Positions 36,921-50,739 of a stretch of 64,000 nucleotides of DNA are shown here, in pieces. The notes beneath the pieces were generated by a model. That model was given only the letters and a program-made list of their open reading frames with translations, did not search any database and was not told the DNA's origin. Position numbers and translations under genes: made by a program. Each line of letters starts with the position of its first letter. Position 1 is the first letter of the stretch. The stretch comes from Lama guanicoe. Taxonomy: Eukaryota. The stretch lies in assembly GCA_013239625.1 (NCBI GenBank), contig MU053557.1:3626123-3690122 (forward strand), written 5' to 3'.

Positions 36921-39040
36921 AAAATCATTCTGAATTATTCTTAAGGAAAAAGCAAAGGAGAAGATTTTAAGTTCGTATTAGGATTTGTTTCAAGATACAC
37001 ACCCATTTCTTGAAACTTGGACTAAAAACTTTGCTCAGAAGACACGACACTGAAGGGATCCTTTTAGAATCCAAATCTATATAAGGTATGACTTGAGTCT
37101 CTGTTTCTCTTTGCATAAAGCACATGTAATATTGCTGCTCCTACATCTGTTGTGTTCTGAACCCAGAAAACATAATTATACTTCATTATGTGATGTTAAC
37201 AAGAGAGGGAGTGGTACCATTATACTAATTTAAGCTCAGCCAGGGGTCTACTCTCTTCTGCTCTCTTTGGGTCAACCTGGTGATTCTTTCAAGCCTGATT
37301 AAATGTGCTTTCTCTTGAATTAGTGTCTGGTAAATGTTACAAACTTTTTTTCTCTTTGAAATACATTTAATCAATACACTGTCTCCTAAGCAAGACATTC
37401 AAAATGAAATTATTTCAATAAGTGTAATTGTTTACAGAGATCCTAGCTGATATTTTTGCATCAGTGTTTTGCTTTATTTCTAACCAATTGGTAGAGCATT
37501 ATGTTTAAGAGCTTTGTTGTTTGTTGAAATATAGTTGACATACAACATCATGTCAGTTTCAGGAGTACAACATAGTAATTCGACATTTAGATACATTACA
37601 AAATGATCACCATGATCTGTCAATACTTAATCCTGGCTCTGGCACCCAGAACTACTTTTCTGGGTAACTCCAGGGATTACCATATGGAACACAACATGCG
37701 CAACATCAAAGATGGCAACTAGAGTTTTACACTATGACAGTTCTTACCGGCAAGCTATTTAATCCCTGTGTCTTGGCTCCTTATTTATTTATTTTTGGAA
37801 ATCTATCAATATTACAGGGTTTTTGTACAGTTTACTTAGGTTATATAGATAAAATATTTAATACAATATTTGGCACACAGTAAACCATAAATGGGAGCTA
37901 TAATTATTGGGGTTATGGGTTTTGATCACTGTCTCCCTTAAACCTTAGGGTGCTTCTCTGAACTTGATGAACTATACCTACTTCACAAATGAGGAAACTG
38001 TGGAACTGTAAAAAAACATATATATACATTTTTTCAAAGCAGAAACAGAGTGTGCTTCTAGGCTGAGAGATTTTGCCATAAAATTAAGTAACGTACTATT
38101 GGTTTTATATAATTAAATGACACATTTAATTTTTATTTAAATTGCAGTGTTCCTTCATTTAGTCAACTGGTGTTCTTTGCTGTTTTGCGAACGTATGTGA
38201 AAACTAGGGTTTAAAGCTTAAGCCTGAGAATAGCTGCGCGGCTCTTGTGCCGCTTTGGCCATGGAAATTTAGGTAGGAATGTGTTGTCATCCTCACATTC
38301 CTGACGACTGAGAATCCTTGGGCAGGTTGACTCCAAGATACGTCACCTTGAATGTGGCTTTCTTCTGATGACACCACATGTAACGATATAAGCACTGTCT
38401 GTTATCATTTTTCCCCTTGCAGAATAATGTGAAAGTACACACGGGGAAATGACTTCCTTAGTCATTAGATTTGTTAATGGAAGGCTTTAGTACCTTACAG
38501 GTTAAATGATGCGTTCATTGCTGAGTAGTGTTCTGAAATGTTCTTTATAATGACAATGAAAGAATTTGTAATATTTAGTAATGGTGGGAACGTAATGACC
38601 CATGAATAAGAGATGTAAAGAGTCAAGGAAAAAAAAACAGCAATTTGTAAAATGTGGGGCAGGCCAACTTTATATTAGAATGATTTCTTCGTATGGTTTC
38701 AAGTTTGTGTTTTCCATTAAATAAGAAGGCTACTTCTTAATTGTATATTATCTCATCAGTTTAAACAATCTTTTCATAATTATTTTATCAGAAAAGATTT
38801 GTTAAACACCAGTTGCATGGGATGCACCTGTCTGGACGTTGGGGACCCATTAAGAGATGAAACAGACATAATTCTTGCCCTGACAGAATTCAGGGAAGAA
38901 CTTCTTCAAAACATTATATTAATTTGAGATGATTATTGCTCCAACTCTTACATTTGCAGTTAATGCTTTATTTTATTTCTCTCATTAATGTTGGTTGATT
39001 TCTTTGATCATTATAAGACATTTTTACCATTAATATTTAA

Positions 39041-39680
39041 TGTATTGGTTTTCTACCACTGAGTAACAAATTATCACCAACTTATTGCCTTAAAATAACA
39101 CAGATTTATTATCTCACAGCTTGTCTTGGTCAGGAATCCAGGCATGGATGAGGTAGGGCCTGTGTTCAGGGCCTCACCAGGAAGAAATCAAGATGTCACT
39201 TGATGTTTGAATTTCATCTGAGGCTCTGGGTTTTATTCCCAAGTCACTGGTTGTTGACAGAATTTAGTTACTCACAGCTGTTGAGCTAAGGCCCTCAGCT
39301 CTTAGAGGTCACCTTTTATTACCTGAGCCATGGCCCTCTTCAAAATATGGCAGTATTATTCTTCAAGATCTGCAGGGATGTTTATGTTACTATTTTGAAA
39401 CTTTCTGACTTCATGTCTCTGACCACTAGCTAAATTCTCTCAAAAGCTCACATGATTAAGTCAGGCCTACTGAGGGTTATCTTCCTTTTAACGAAGAGTT
39501 AATAGATCAGGGACCTTAAGACACCAACAAAATTCCTTTACTTCTTTTAATAACATAGCCTAATCTTGGTGGTGGTTTACCCTCATATTTATAGGACCTG
39601 CCGCACTCAAGGGTACTCTTAGGATATGTGCAACAGAGGGCAGAAATCTTTGGAGCCTTCTTAGAATTCTGCCCACTACA
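39041..39680 (-). mobile_element. MaLR solo LTR (MLT1E/F-like)
   Basis: tgtattggttttcta...taacaaatta...ttagaattctgcccactaca termini. Confidence 0.85.
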
Positions 39681-42600
39681 AAGTCTAATTTAAATCATAC
39701 AAATTTTGCATGGTCTCTGAAGAAATATATCTAAGACTTATTTGAGGATTTCTTTCCATATGAGTATGTTCTATGATGTTTGAAAAAATATTCCTTGTGA
39801 TATATTACTTCTAAAAGTTTTATAAAAGTGCTTTTTGTATATAGATGAATGTAGAAGAAAAATATACAATACTGCTAAATTTGTAATGAAATGCATTTTC
39901 TAAAACCCTAATTCTAATACCTACTGGCATCATTATAAATTGGTGTAACATAATAAAAGGTTAACTTACCTTAAATTATTTATGCTTTTTTGGAGTTGAT
40001 AATCCTACTCATAAAAATCCACACTAAGAAAAAGAAGAAAGACAAGGCCTTATGTCCAAAATGTTTAACACTCTATCATAGTAAATATTTGAAGTAACAT
40101 GAAATGACAAAGTTGGGCAAATGAAGGAACTTGTTGTGGACTCCCTTTATGTATATTGGATGAGTATGAGTACCATAAGAATATGAAAGATGTGGACAAC
40201 ATGTATGAAACACAGAGTACAAAATTATATGTGCACTGTGATTACAAGGATGTAAAAATATGTCTGTGGTTGCTGTAGGACTAAAATAATCTATGAGAAA
40301 ACAGAAGCAGTTGATGAAACAGGCTGACATAACACGCACATTTTAAAGCAATTTCTTTAATGCTACCAAAAGGCTTATACAAGGTATAAAACAAAATCAG
40401 GTCAGTTTCCCAAGTGTCTGGGAAAGGGAAGGTGTGAACCTCCTGGACTTCTGACTCTCTTTCATCTGAAATCTGCTGAGCCTTTACTAATTGAAGGGTG
40501 AAATATGTTCCCATTGATGAGAACGAAGTGAATTATATTGGGAGTAGACAGACCTGGCCCTTCCCTCAAGATGATGACTAATTGACAAACCCTCCTGACA
40601 GGGTGTGACCTAGGGCTGACCCTTGGTGACTGGGGGTGAATTAAACACAGAATGCTCACTTTTCCCTGCTTTTCTATAAAGTTTCAAATGGGAGTGAGAC
40701 ACTCTGAGCAAGAAGGAATCCCTAGATCCTTTTAATAAAAATATCGGTACTGAAGGGACCAGAGATAGTTAAAGTCAGTTCTTTCACCCATTGTGGAAAT
40801 CCCTTCCAGCGCATGTGTGAGAGAGCTCACCGTCTTCCTTCTGCCTGTATAATATGTACGTGCTACCCCTGAACGTAGCCTATGTTTTTGATAAAAAGGA
40901 AATGTCTTTGACAATAGACTAGCCTTTTCATGGAACACATCCTAACAGACCTGTTCTCTGGAACATAATTTGGGAAAGACTGAATTACAAATAACCCTGT
41001 AGTTTTTGTACAAGGAGCCATGTGAAATAAAGAAACTTGGGACGTGAGAGAGGGATTATATTTATTCTTCAAGATCTCAAGTGGTTTAAAACTAGACCGA
41101 AAGTATAAAATTATAGTGAGTGACATAACTAGGTAAAAAGATGGTTTTACTCTAGAAGTCAAGTTTCCCATCACTAGTAGTTCTCAAATGTGTATTTGGT
41201 CATCATTTGTTGTGACTATTATGGAGAAGATTCAAGAGTTAGACCAGAAATTAGAATAATTTGGAGGATTTAGGTTTGGGGCCAAGGAATTTGAATTTTT
41301 AATAAGCTTCCTAGGTGATTCTTACCTATACAGTTCAAGAGACTAAACAATGAAAACCAGTGGGCCATATTGCTTTTGAAGGATACCCATTAAAATCTCT
41401 TTCCATGATACAAACAAATAATATGGCAGATCAGATAACTAGGAATGCTGAAGAGGTGGCATTGCTTGTCTCCTGGAAATCAGAAAACAGAAACCTAGTT
41501 TCTGAAATTTCCATTCCAGGCACAATGGGCCCTGCCTGTGCTACTGAACTTTTCATTCTAAGAGACAGATGGGCAGGTGGGAACTAGGGAAGGAGGAGGT
41601 GGCCTGGGAAGGCAGTTTTGGAAGCAGCCTTCTCCACCCACGTACAATCCCTTCCTTGCACTCTGCTGGGCAAACTAAGATCTTGATTGCTTGAATCTGT
41701 AGCTATTGCTTCATGGAATTTAATGAGATTCATCCCACACAGAGGACTTCTTGGGTGGTTGTTACAGGGAGTGGTTTCTTGGATCAGAGCAATTCATATA
41801 ATCTCTCCTCCACTGACAAGGGTCTGGCAGGATATGTCTGTACCACCAGACTTCCACTTCTAACAGTGCCAGCTGGTTTTACCCAGACCAAGGGAGTGAC
41901 CGCAGACAGTGCTTCCCACAAACTGCAGTTTTAACCAGTACTCTTCTGCCTGGTGTTATATAGAGATCTAGGAAAAAGGCAGCCATTTGTGGAAAAGTAC
42001 ACCTACATATTGGCTCTGGAAGTGGCTAGGAAGCCTGGATGCCCCTCCCAGATGTCCCACGCTTTTTAACCCAGATATAGAGACTCATTGCTTCTCAGGG
42101 ATGCCTAAAATCTGGGCAGCTGGAAGGGGTTTGCCAAATGCATTTATCCATTTACTTGTCTATATTTTTCAAGTGTCGCTATGTGCCATTCACTACACTA
42201 TAGGTACTGAAGATAAAATAATAAGTAAAAACAGTCAGCCAAGAGTTTACGGTCTTGCCAAGTGCCTGTCCTTGTTCTAACTGATTGGGAATTGGCTAGT
42301 TCCTCTTGGTGTTCGTCACCGCCTTGTCATGAGCATAAGAGTAGCTAACATTGATGGGCTTGGCACTCGTGCTAAAAACCTTCTAATGGTGTATTTCTAA
42401 TAAGATAAGTATCATTGTACCCATTTTTCAGCTGAGAAAACAGAGCCACATACATAAGTTAACTGGACCAAGTTTACAGCCTCCATTCGTCATGAGGATG
42501 GGCATGAGAAAGCAAAGATTTAGGATTCCTTCACCAAATCCTATGAGCTTGGGTCTTGCTTGCTCTTGATCTCTGTGGTTAGGGTCTGAACCAGGCCACG

Positions 42601-44539
42601 CTCTGTTAACCATTGCATTAGTACCATCCAATCTCCAACACCAGTGAAGATCATGCTGAGGAATGAGGCTTATATTCAGGCCTTGAGTAAAGGAAGAGAA
42701 GTGGGGATGACAGTAGCTAGCTTTGAAATCTTAGGGGACCAAATAGGCTCAGGAGAAGAAGGAAAATTATCAGAAATTGAAGACGAAGGCAGGTTTTCCT
42801 TTGAGTGGACCAGAGGGTGAGGCTCTTTCTACTCAACTCTTACACTTTGAGTCAACAGGACGCCTCTCTCTCATTTTCTGGGTTCAGAGGGTTAGCTGGA
42901 CCTGACCCCAGAGGGTCAAGGAGACTGGCCAAACTGGAAGAGCAGAGCCCTGGCCAAGTAGCTCAGATTTAATTGAGTTTTGTTCATGTGATACTGAAAA
43001 AGCTTCATGGATGTGATTCATTTTTAAAAGATTTGGGTGTAATGTGACAGAGTTGAGTTTCCTCCAATTTGTTAACTCTGAACTATTTTATGAGGACAAT
43101 AATATCTTACAATGTAAATCACAATCCTCATTTAAAACAAGATTTTCCTTAATATTCTTAAATAATGAACCTTTCAGCTGCTCCCTGAAAGGAGATTTAT
43201 CATATTCTCATGTATAGATTATATATTTCTCTTCTCCAAGCCAGGGATGGCATTCCTAGCTTTGCAGCTGCATTCAAATATTCACTGAGTACTTTAAAAA
43301 AACAAAGTTAGAATCATTACACTGTATATGGTTTTGTATTATTTTTCTCCCTTAACATTTTCAATAATATTTCAGAACATTTTCTTATGTCAGTCGACAA
43401 TTTATTACTCATGTTACTTTGGAGGGTTGAATGATACTGTCATTCAGGTAGACTGATTATTTAATCGTTTCCCTCATTATTCCAATTTTCCCCTCTTTCA
43501 TTTTATTCTTCATGATTATAACAGTGAGAAATCAGGAACAATCTGAATGCTAACCCTGTTTTGAACACATTTGTCCATAAATCTTTTCAGTAGGTTATTA
43601 TATACCAGGTCAAATGTTGATGCATTACATTTTCTTGTTATATAGGAATCTTGGTAATCTTCCGAATGGCTGTATTGCTTTAATTAGTGGTTGAGGAGAT
43701 GGCAAACTTTCTACAGCTCCCTCATCTGTAACATAGGAATCAAAATGATGCCTACTTCACAGAGCTGAGCTGACATATGGAAAGTACTGCATATTCTGTA
43801 TAACTGCTATTTTCATCGTGCTCCCAACAACAGTTGATGTTAGTGCCATTTTTTTTGTGGCAAGTTTGACAGGCCTTTTTATAATGTGTTAGATAATACT
43901 AGCTTAATGGATGACAGTTACCCTCCTTTTATTTGCACGTGGATTACTAGTGAAGTTTGGCATTTTATTTGGTACTTGTTCAGCTCTTTGCAGTTCTTTT
44001 TCATGGATTTAATTCATTCAACTAGATTCTCATTGTTTTTCTTACCAGTTTTATGAGCTCTTTTGATGGTGACCCTTTCCTGTCATGTACGTTACAGATG
44101 TTTTTCTGGTTTGTAACATAGCACTTGCTTTGGCCTTGTTGTTCTTGATTCGGGGTCAGAGAGGACTGAGAAGTCTTCAGGGGAAAAAGTCACACTTGGG
44201 CTGCCTTTTGAGCAAAGGTGAATGGACTTGGCAAACTGCAAGAGCAGTGACAGTAGATGAGCTGAAAAAGTCCTGCACTAGGGACCAGAGACCATGGACA
44301 AGCTGATTTGGTCCCATGGACAAGCCACTTAGTAAGTCTGAACTCTGATATACCCATCTATAAAATGGCTCTTATTAATGACTGCAGATTACCCATCAAG
44401 CTCAAATGAGTTAGCATATATTAAGTTTCTGCATAAAGTGAACAACCCAAAGTAACTGAGCTTACTGCTATTTAAAAAAAATTTTGGTATCCACATATAT
44501 AGGAAATCACCTTTGCATCTAAAGCCTCTCTGCTTGGTT

Positions 44540-44680
44540 GCAATTGGCTTCCCATTCGTCCTGGCCTGATTGGCTCATTATGCAGTTAGCTCAGTTAATC
44601 TTCTGCTGGGACTACCCAGGACTCCCTTCCAGACACACACATGCACGTGCGCGCACACTTCCGTGATTAGGTCAAATCTC
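44540..44680. promoter_or_regulatory. Candidate promoter/enhancer motif cluster
   Basis: ATTGG at 44543 and 44569, GGGACTAC at 44608, CACGTG at 44644, TGCGCGCA at 44648, ACTTCCG at 44657, AGGTCA at 44669. Confidence 0.4.
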
Positions 44681-44694
44681 ACATTGTCTTACAG

Positions 44695-45167
44695 TGTTAC
44701 TGGGCTCTCCAGACTCTTGGACAGCAATACCGTAGAAATGAATATTGCTTACAGAAGACTCTTAGGCAAGCAAAACTTTATTAGAAGACACAAATGTGCA
44801 TAGGGGAGAAGGTGGAAAAAAATGTTGCAGCTCCCTGAGTAGAAGAGGCAAGGTGCTCCAACAACAAAAGGGACGGTTTGTCTCATGATTACTGATAATT
44901 TCCAGAAATCATCAAATTTCTTTGATTAGTAGCAGGTGGCTCCGTGGTGGCCATCAGGAATAGGGGGGTGTCTGTGACAGGAAAGAAATGCTTGAGAATT
45001 TTCTGTGAGAAAGCTCAGGAGCAGGTAGGATTAAAATTTATAGTTGAGCTTCTTGTCTTATGGCAACTGGGTGTACTCCTTAGTGTAACAGAGATAAAGT
45101 TAATCTTTTATTCCTTGTTTTTTTTAGTCTCTGGGGCTCAGGCCCCCAGGGCCTTGGTTTTTTAGCA
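44695..45167 (-). mobile_element. Solo LTR (ERV1-like)
   Basis: tgttactggg...ttagca termini; antisense AATAAA (ctttatt) near 44776; no clear TSD. Confidence 0.6.
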
Positions 45168-45582
45168 TCCAAGGACTGATTTGCCCAAGGCCATTCCTTG
45201 GTCCTTTTCTGAAATGGCTGTACTCCTGTCTTCCTGTCTCAGTAGCACAACGTACCTCTTAGCTGTAGCACTCAGCACAGTTACAATTTCACATTTACTT
45301 ATGAGACCACTTGAGAAATGTCCATTTTCCCCTCTAGACTGGCCAGCTCCGTAAGGGCAGAAGCCATGCTTTTTTTTGCTCACTCTAGCGTTCTACATGT
45401 TTTCTATGTCTGTAGAGGCCCTTGATTGATGTTTCTCTAATGACTTGTGGGATGATTGAATATGCATGAAAGCATTTCAGAAGGCACAGTGATGTAAAGA
45501 ACATGAAAGGAATGAACATGCCATGCTAGTGTGTTGATGAGGAGACAAGCACATCTGGGTGAGAGAGCAGTAAACGGAGAAC

Positions 45583-46224
45583 TGATGCAGGAAAACAGAT
45601 GTGGGGCATGAGGAGGGCTATCTCCCAGGTCTTGGTTGAGTCCCTGGGGCATGCCCCGCCAAGTGTGGGTCCTTGGCTTTGCGCAGGAAAGAATTCAAGT
45701 GCGAGCCACAGTTGAGTAAAGGTAGATTTATTTATAGATACACACTGCATAGAGTGTAAGGCAAGAGAAAGGCAAGGAAAAGGGGTGTGGGGATTGGTTG
45801 CTCAAGTTAAAGTAAAAGTAGGTACACACTCCATAGACAGAGTGTGGGCCATCTCCAAAGAGGAGGGAATGAAAAAGGGTGGCTAGTCATGGTGCTGCGA
45901 GTTTTTGTGGGCTCAGTAGCTTCACACGCCTATAGGTGGGACCATTCCAACTGCCCTGGGGAAGGGGCTGGGATTCCCAGGAATTGGGCCGACACCCATT
46001 CTTTGGCCTTTTGCAGGTTAGCCTTGGGACTGTCATGGCGCCTGTAGGCATGTTATTTATCACAGTGTTACAATGAGCATATAATGAAGCTCAAGGTCTA
46101 GTAGAAGTCAAACTTCCCAACTTAATACTCAAGGCTAACTGGGAGCTGAATCTTCCACCATTTTGGTGTTAAATTGCTGTCATTCCTTGAGTGGCTGTGC
46201 CCTGCCCCCTTCCCTCCTGTCTCA
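45583..46224 (-). mobile_element. Solo LTR (artiodactyl ERV1-type) inserted in L2
   Basis: tgatgcagg...tgtctca termini; near-TSD gaac/gaat; antisense AATAAA near 45728; shares blocks with 57819-58260. Confidence 0.85.
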
Positions 46225-47237
46225 GAATCATGGGAGAGGGGACTGGAAAGGGGGATTGGGTTTGATCACAGAGAGCCTGGGGTACCAGGTGGAAGAGTTT
46301 TCATGACTGAGACATGCAGTGGGGAGCTACTGAAGAATTCTGAACAGGTGTGGCATGTACAAGATGTGTGTAAAGAGCATGCATGTAGCATATAGAGTGG
46401 ATGGAAAAAGAAAGGCTGAAAGTGGAAAACCCAATTAGGAATTTGTCACAATATTTCCTTTTAGAAGTCATTAAGTACCTGTTTCAGTCTGGTTCCACTA
46501 GAACTGGGGAAAAGTGGGCACATGTGAGGGATGTTTCCAAGAAAGAACTGACATTATTATTATATGACACACAGATAGAGTGGGAGAGAGAGAGAGAAGG
46601 TAAGTATCACTACAGGTGATAAAATGTTAGTTCTGGAAGGAAGGAGCCTATAGACCATTTCAGGTATATTTGGGAAGTTGAGGCCAAGAACAAGAACAGA
46701 ACTGCTAGTGCTACACAGCACACATCGTATGAGATGGGAATTACAAAGACAAGTTGTCCTGAATCACACCTACTGTCTTTTTACTCTGTAATTACTGGGG
46801 CATGTCTTTGCTACAAACAATGGAAGTGAATTACCAAGGGGATTCTGAATTCTGTTTTACATAGTTTGGGTTTGGGAAAATGATGAGACAGTCAAATAAA
46901 AATGGCAGGCATGTGGTGGGAAGGGAATCTGGTGGGTTTACATATTTTAGACTCAGTGGCACAGAAATGGTGACTTTGGATGAGCTGAAATTGTTCATTA
47001 TAAGTTTAGTTACTATCCCTTCAGTTTCCCATTTTTGGAAAAAAAAATCAATGACATTCATAGAGCTTTACTGAGCACATACCATATAATAAATACTTAA
47101 CCAGCCTCTTATTTAATCTTGTCATGAACCCTATGAAGGAGATACTATTACACTCATTGCTCCATTTTACAAACAGGGAACAGGATCAGAGATGTTGAAT
47201 AACTTTCCCAATGTCTAATAAATTACTGGCAATCTAA

Positions 47238-47440
47238 TGCAGAGTCTCTCAATCTCAGCACTATGGAGATTTTTGGCTGGGTAATTATTTTGTTGCGGAA
47301 GGGTTGGAGGAAGATGTCCTGCACGTTGCAAGATGTTTAGCAGTATCCCTGGCCTCCACCTTCGGTGTCACTAGAACTCACCCTCCAGCTGTGTCAACCA
47401 AATAGGTCTCCAGGCATTGCCAAAGTTTCCCTGGTTGAGT
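47238..47440. mobile_element. MER20 hAT-Charlie MITE
   Basis: tctcaatctcagcactat...gatgtttagcagtatccctggcctc...tctccaggcattgccaaa. Confidence 0.85.
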
Positions 47441-48264
47441 TCATATAATCTCTTCTGTTAGAAATCTTCCCCAAAAGTTTCAGCCATAGTTGATATATTC
47501 TTCCTCTGTATTCTTGTGCCACTTATTGCCAAATTTTAAATAATGTTTCTGATTTTGTTTTCTATACATCTTGTCTTCCCTAGAAGCATTTAAAGCTTTT
47601 GAAGACAAAGTTGTTTACATTTAATACAATGTTGGAAACAAGCAGCTTTCACCTTTGTTTCATCTTCATTCCTAATGTCATCCCCTGTCCCCTTGACCCC
47701 CTAGTTTAGAACCTCATAATTCTTGCTTACCTAGACTGTTGAAATAATGTAGCTGGTCTCCCAGCCTATATTCTCCCCTCTTCAAACTATGTCATTCATT
47801 CCCTAACTGAAGAGTCTTCGTAAAACACCGATATGATAATGAATAAAACCTTACTCAGAAACACATCCTTAGCCTAAATGTTAAAGGTATCGCACATTCT
47901 GGTCTCAGTATTTCAAAAAGTATTTCAAAAGTGTTTTTTTTTAAATCAGTTATTTATGTGTAAGCTTGGCCTTAGTCAAAAGAAAAAAAAAAAGATACTC
48001 ACTCTATATGTTCTGTGGCTTTCTGTCTCCATGGTGTTCTTGTTTTTTGTTTGTTTCATAGTCCTTTGATTTCTCTCCATCCTTCAAAGCTAAGCTCAAA
48101 TACGGAAGGTGTACATTCTCACATTGCCCCTCAAGCAGGGAGGGGTTCTGTCCTTCTTTAGATACCTATGGGCTTCTATCAACACTACTCTTATGCCCTT
48201 TAGCCATACCTGTCTGTTTCAGAATTAGGTATGTGCATGTATGTTTTTTTCCCTTTTGCTTCAT

Positions 48265-48540
48265 AGGGTTTAAAGTGAAACAGACCAGTGTTTGAATCTT
48301 GGTACTCACATACTAGCCATGTTACCTTGGGTGAGTTAATTTAACTTATTAGCCCTCAGTTTTATTTCTTCACCCTTAAAAATGAAGATAAAGTAGTAGC
48401 TATCTCCTAGTACTGTTCAAAGATTCAATAAAAATGAAGGCAAAGTACTTAATATAGAGTTTCACAGATAGGAAAAATAATAAGTGCTCCATATGTATTA
48501 CTTTCTAATTTTAAGCATAATCGCTATCATTGCTGTCAGT
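48265..48540 (+). mobile_element. MIR SINE
   Basis: tttgaatcttggtactc...accttgggtgagtta...ctcagttt core. Confidence 0.75.
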
Positions 48541-50739
48541 TTTCTCTAAAACAGGCAGGCGAGATCAATTTGTTCTATACTTTGCTTGGTGATGAGTGAG
48601 AAATTCACTTGTGAAGACTGACAAGGGAAGGGTCAGGAATTTAAAGCTACTGAGTGTAGAACCAATATAGAAATGATATGTGCCAATGCTAACTCTGCAG
48701 AGGAAAGCAGATTTGGGAAAGATTTTGCAATAGAAATTTGGGGATTTAGTGGATAATGAGGTAAGCTCGACTGGGAGTGCTCATAGGAGCTGATTGGAAG
48801 GTTCCCACGGTGTGGAGAGAATGCTGTGAGCTAAAGCAGATGGCACAACATCAGATTGCAGTGGGTGGAAAGTGAGCATGGAGTTTAAATGCAAAAGGCT
48901 GAATGGGAATGCATGGTTCAGGGAACATGAAATGAAACCCCAGTCTTTCAGTTTGAAGTCAACAGTTCCAGTTGGTTGCCAGAATCTGTTTCTGTACAAA
49001 GCCCAGTTTGTCCGACAGACGATGTCAGTTTGTAGTCAGAGTCATTACTCAGCTGATGGATCCATCCCAGACTTAAGTCAGAACCAAGGCTAATGCTCTC
49101 AGCGAAACACTAGAGCAGGAAGAGATGAGATTTTGAGATCTGATACACCTGTGAGGAAGAGGGCAGACAAGCTAGGAGGCTTCAAAGGTAGGTTATACGA
49201 GGGCTATATGTATACGTGCTCTGGCAACATACAGTGTGTGGAACTATAGGCGGGTTTGTGGGGGGCCCCAGAAAATAGGGTTAATCCATATGAATTGACA
49301 TTTGAGGGAGAACAGGTAATCATGATATTAATAATGGCTAACATTTATTGAGCAATTACTATATACCAGCCACTAGGCCAGGTATGCATTATGTCATTTA
49401 ACCTGCATAGTAACTCTGTGAAATAGGTGCTATTGTTATCCTCTTTTTAAAGATGCCTGAAGCAAGTTGCAGATTTTTAAAATTTGCCCTTCATCACGTA
49501 GGCAGCAAGTAGCAGAGATAAGATTTGAATCCAGGTTGTTCCTATTTTTATTTTTACTTTTTTTAGTTGTAGCACCTCTGCTCTTAACTACTAGAATTGT
49601 TGGAGTTCAGAAGAAGAGACTGAAAGACATGTGGTGCAACTTTCTAATGCTATAGAAAAGCTAAAGCTCGAAGGCAGGGATTTCTGCGCTAAGTTCCTTG
49701 AGGAACCAGGCAATGGCAGAACTGGAGCGGAAGGCTCAGACCTCCTTTATATGATGCTCTCCTAGAGAGGAGGCCTGAATCAGAGGAGCAGGAGGACTCA
49801 CCTGACCACTTAGCTTCATATTTCTCTTGACTGGACCATGGTTGGCCCAGAGCCTGGGCAGGATAAGCCTGAAGGAGCACCTGTGTGACCAGGACATACA
49901 GATTGATAGACTGCAAATGCAGTAAGCTCGGCAACTTGCTCCTCTGTGATGGCCAGCACAACAGAAAAAGTGAGACAAGGGGCAGATATGCCCCTGTGGT
50001 CCTTTCATTCTTTTTCCTTACTTGAGCAGATTGCCTGACGAATGATCAATCAATCCTTATTTTACGAGAAATGGGTGCACTACAAACTTTAAATGTGCCA
50101 TCATTTGCCAGTTGGAAAGAAATTTGAATACCCTTTGCAGGTGGATCCCCATCAGATATGGGGGAAAGATACTGATTTAAAATATGAAATAAACTTATAT
50201 GAGAAATCATCTATCAGAAAAAAATTAAAAGCATCATAAGGCATGATAAATAAGGTGAAAACTTTTTTGCCTCAACTTCATGTTTAAGAAATGCTCAACT
50301 AGAATCTTCTTGAGAATACAGATGTCCATTAAAATCATTTTCACAGAATAATTGTTAGTTACAGTGAAAGAATTATGGTATATCATGTGGTCAAGAGCAG
50401 TAACTCACCAGCTGCCTGTGTTATTTTGTTGGGTTGAACCAGAAAGAAGGAAGCTCAGCAAAAGTCTAATAATTAATTTCTGTTGCTAACATTGTGGGTT
50501 TCCTGTTGGACCCCCAAGTGTCTCCATAGATGGGGTAACATTTCTTAATATTTAGTTTCAATAGTGGATATCAGGTACAGGGTTTCAACTTCTACTTTCT
50601 GAATGTCTATACTAATGGTCATAGAGAAGTATGCCTTATAATATTTTTGCTCTTGTTGATCTTTTTCTTTAAAATATCTCCTGTCCCAACCAGCACTGAT
50701 ATTGTCATTACACTGTATTATAATTCTGACGATGATTCT

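Noticed and set aside
38170..38205. FFAVLRTYVK resembling a MAGUK palmitoylated N-terminus
   Set aside because: No ATG, no cysteines and no donor after the motif; a short chance match.
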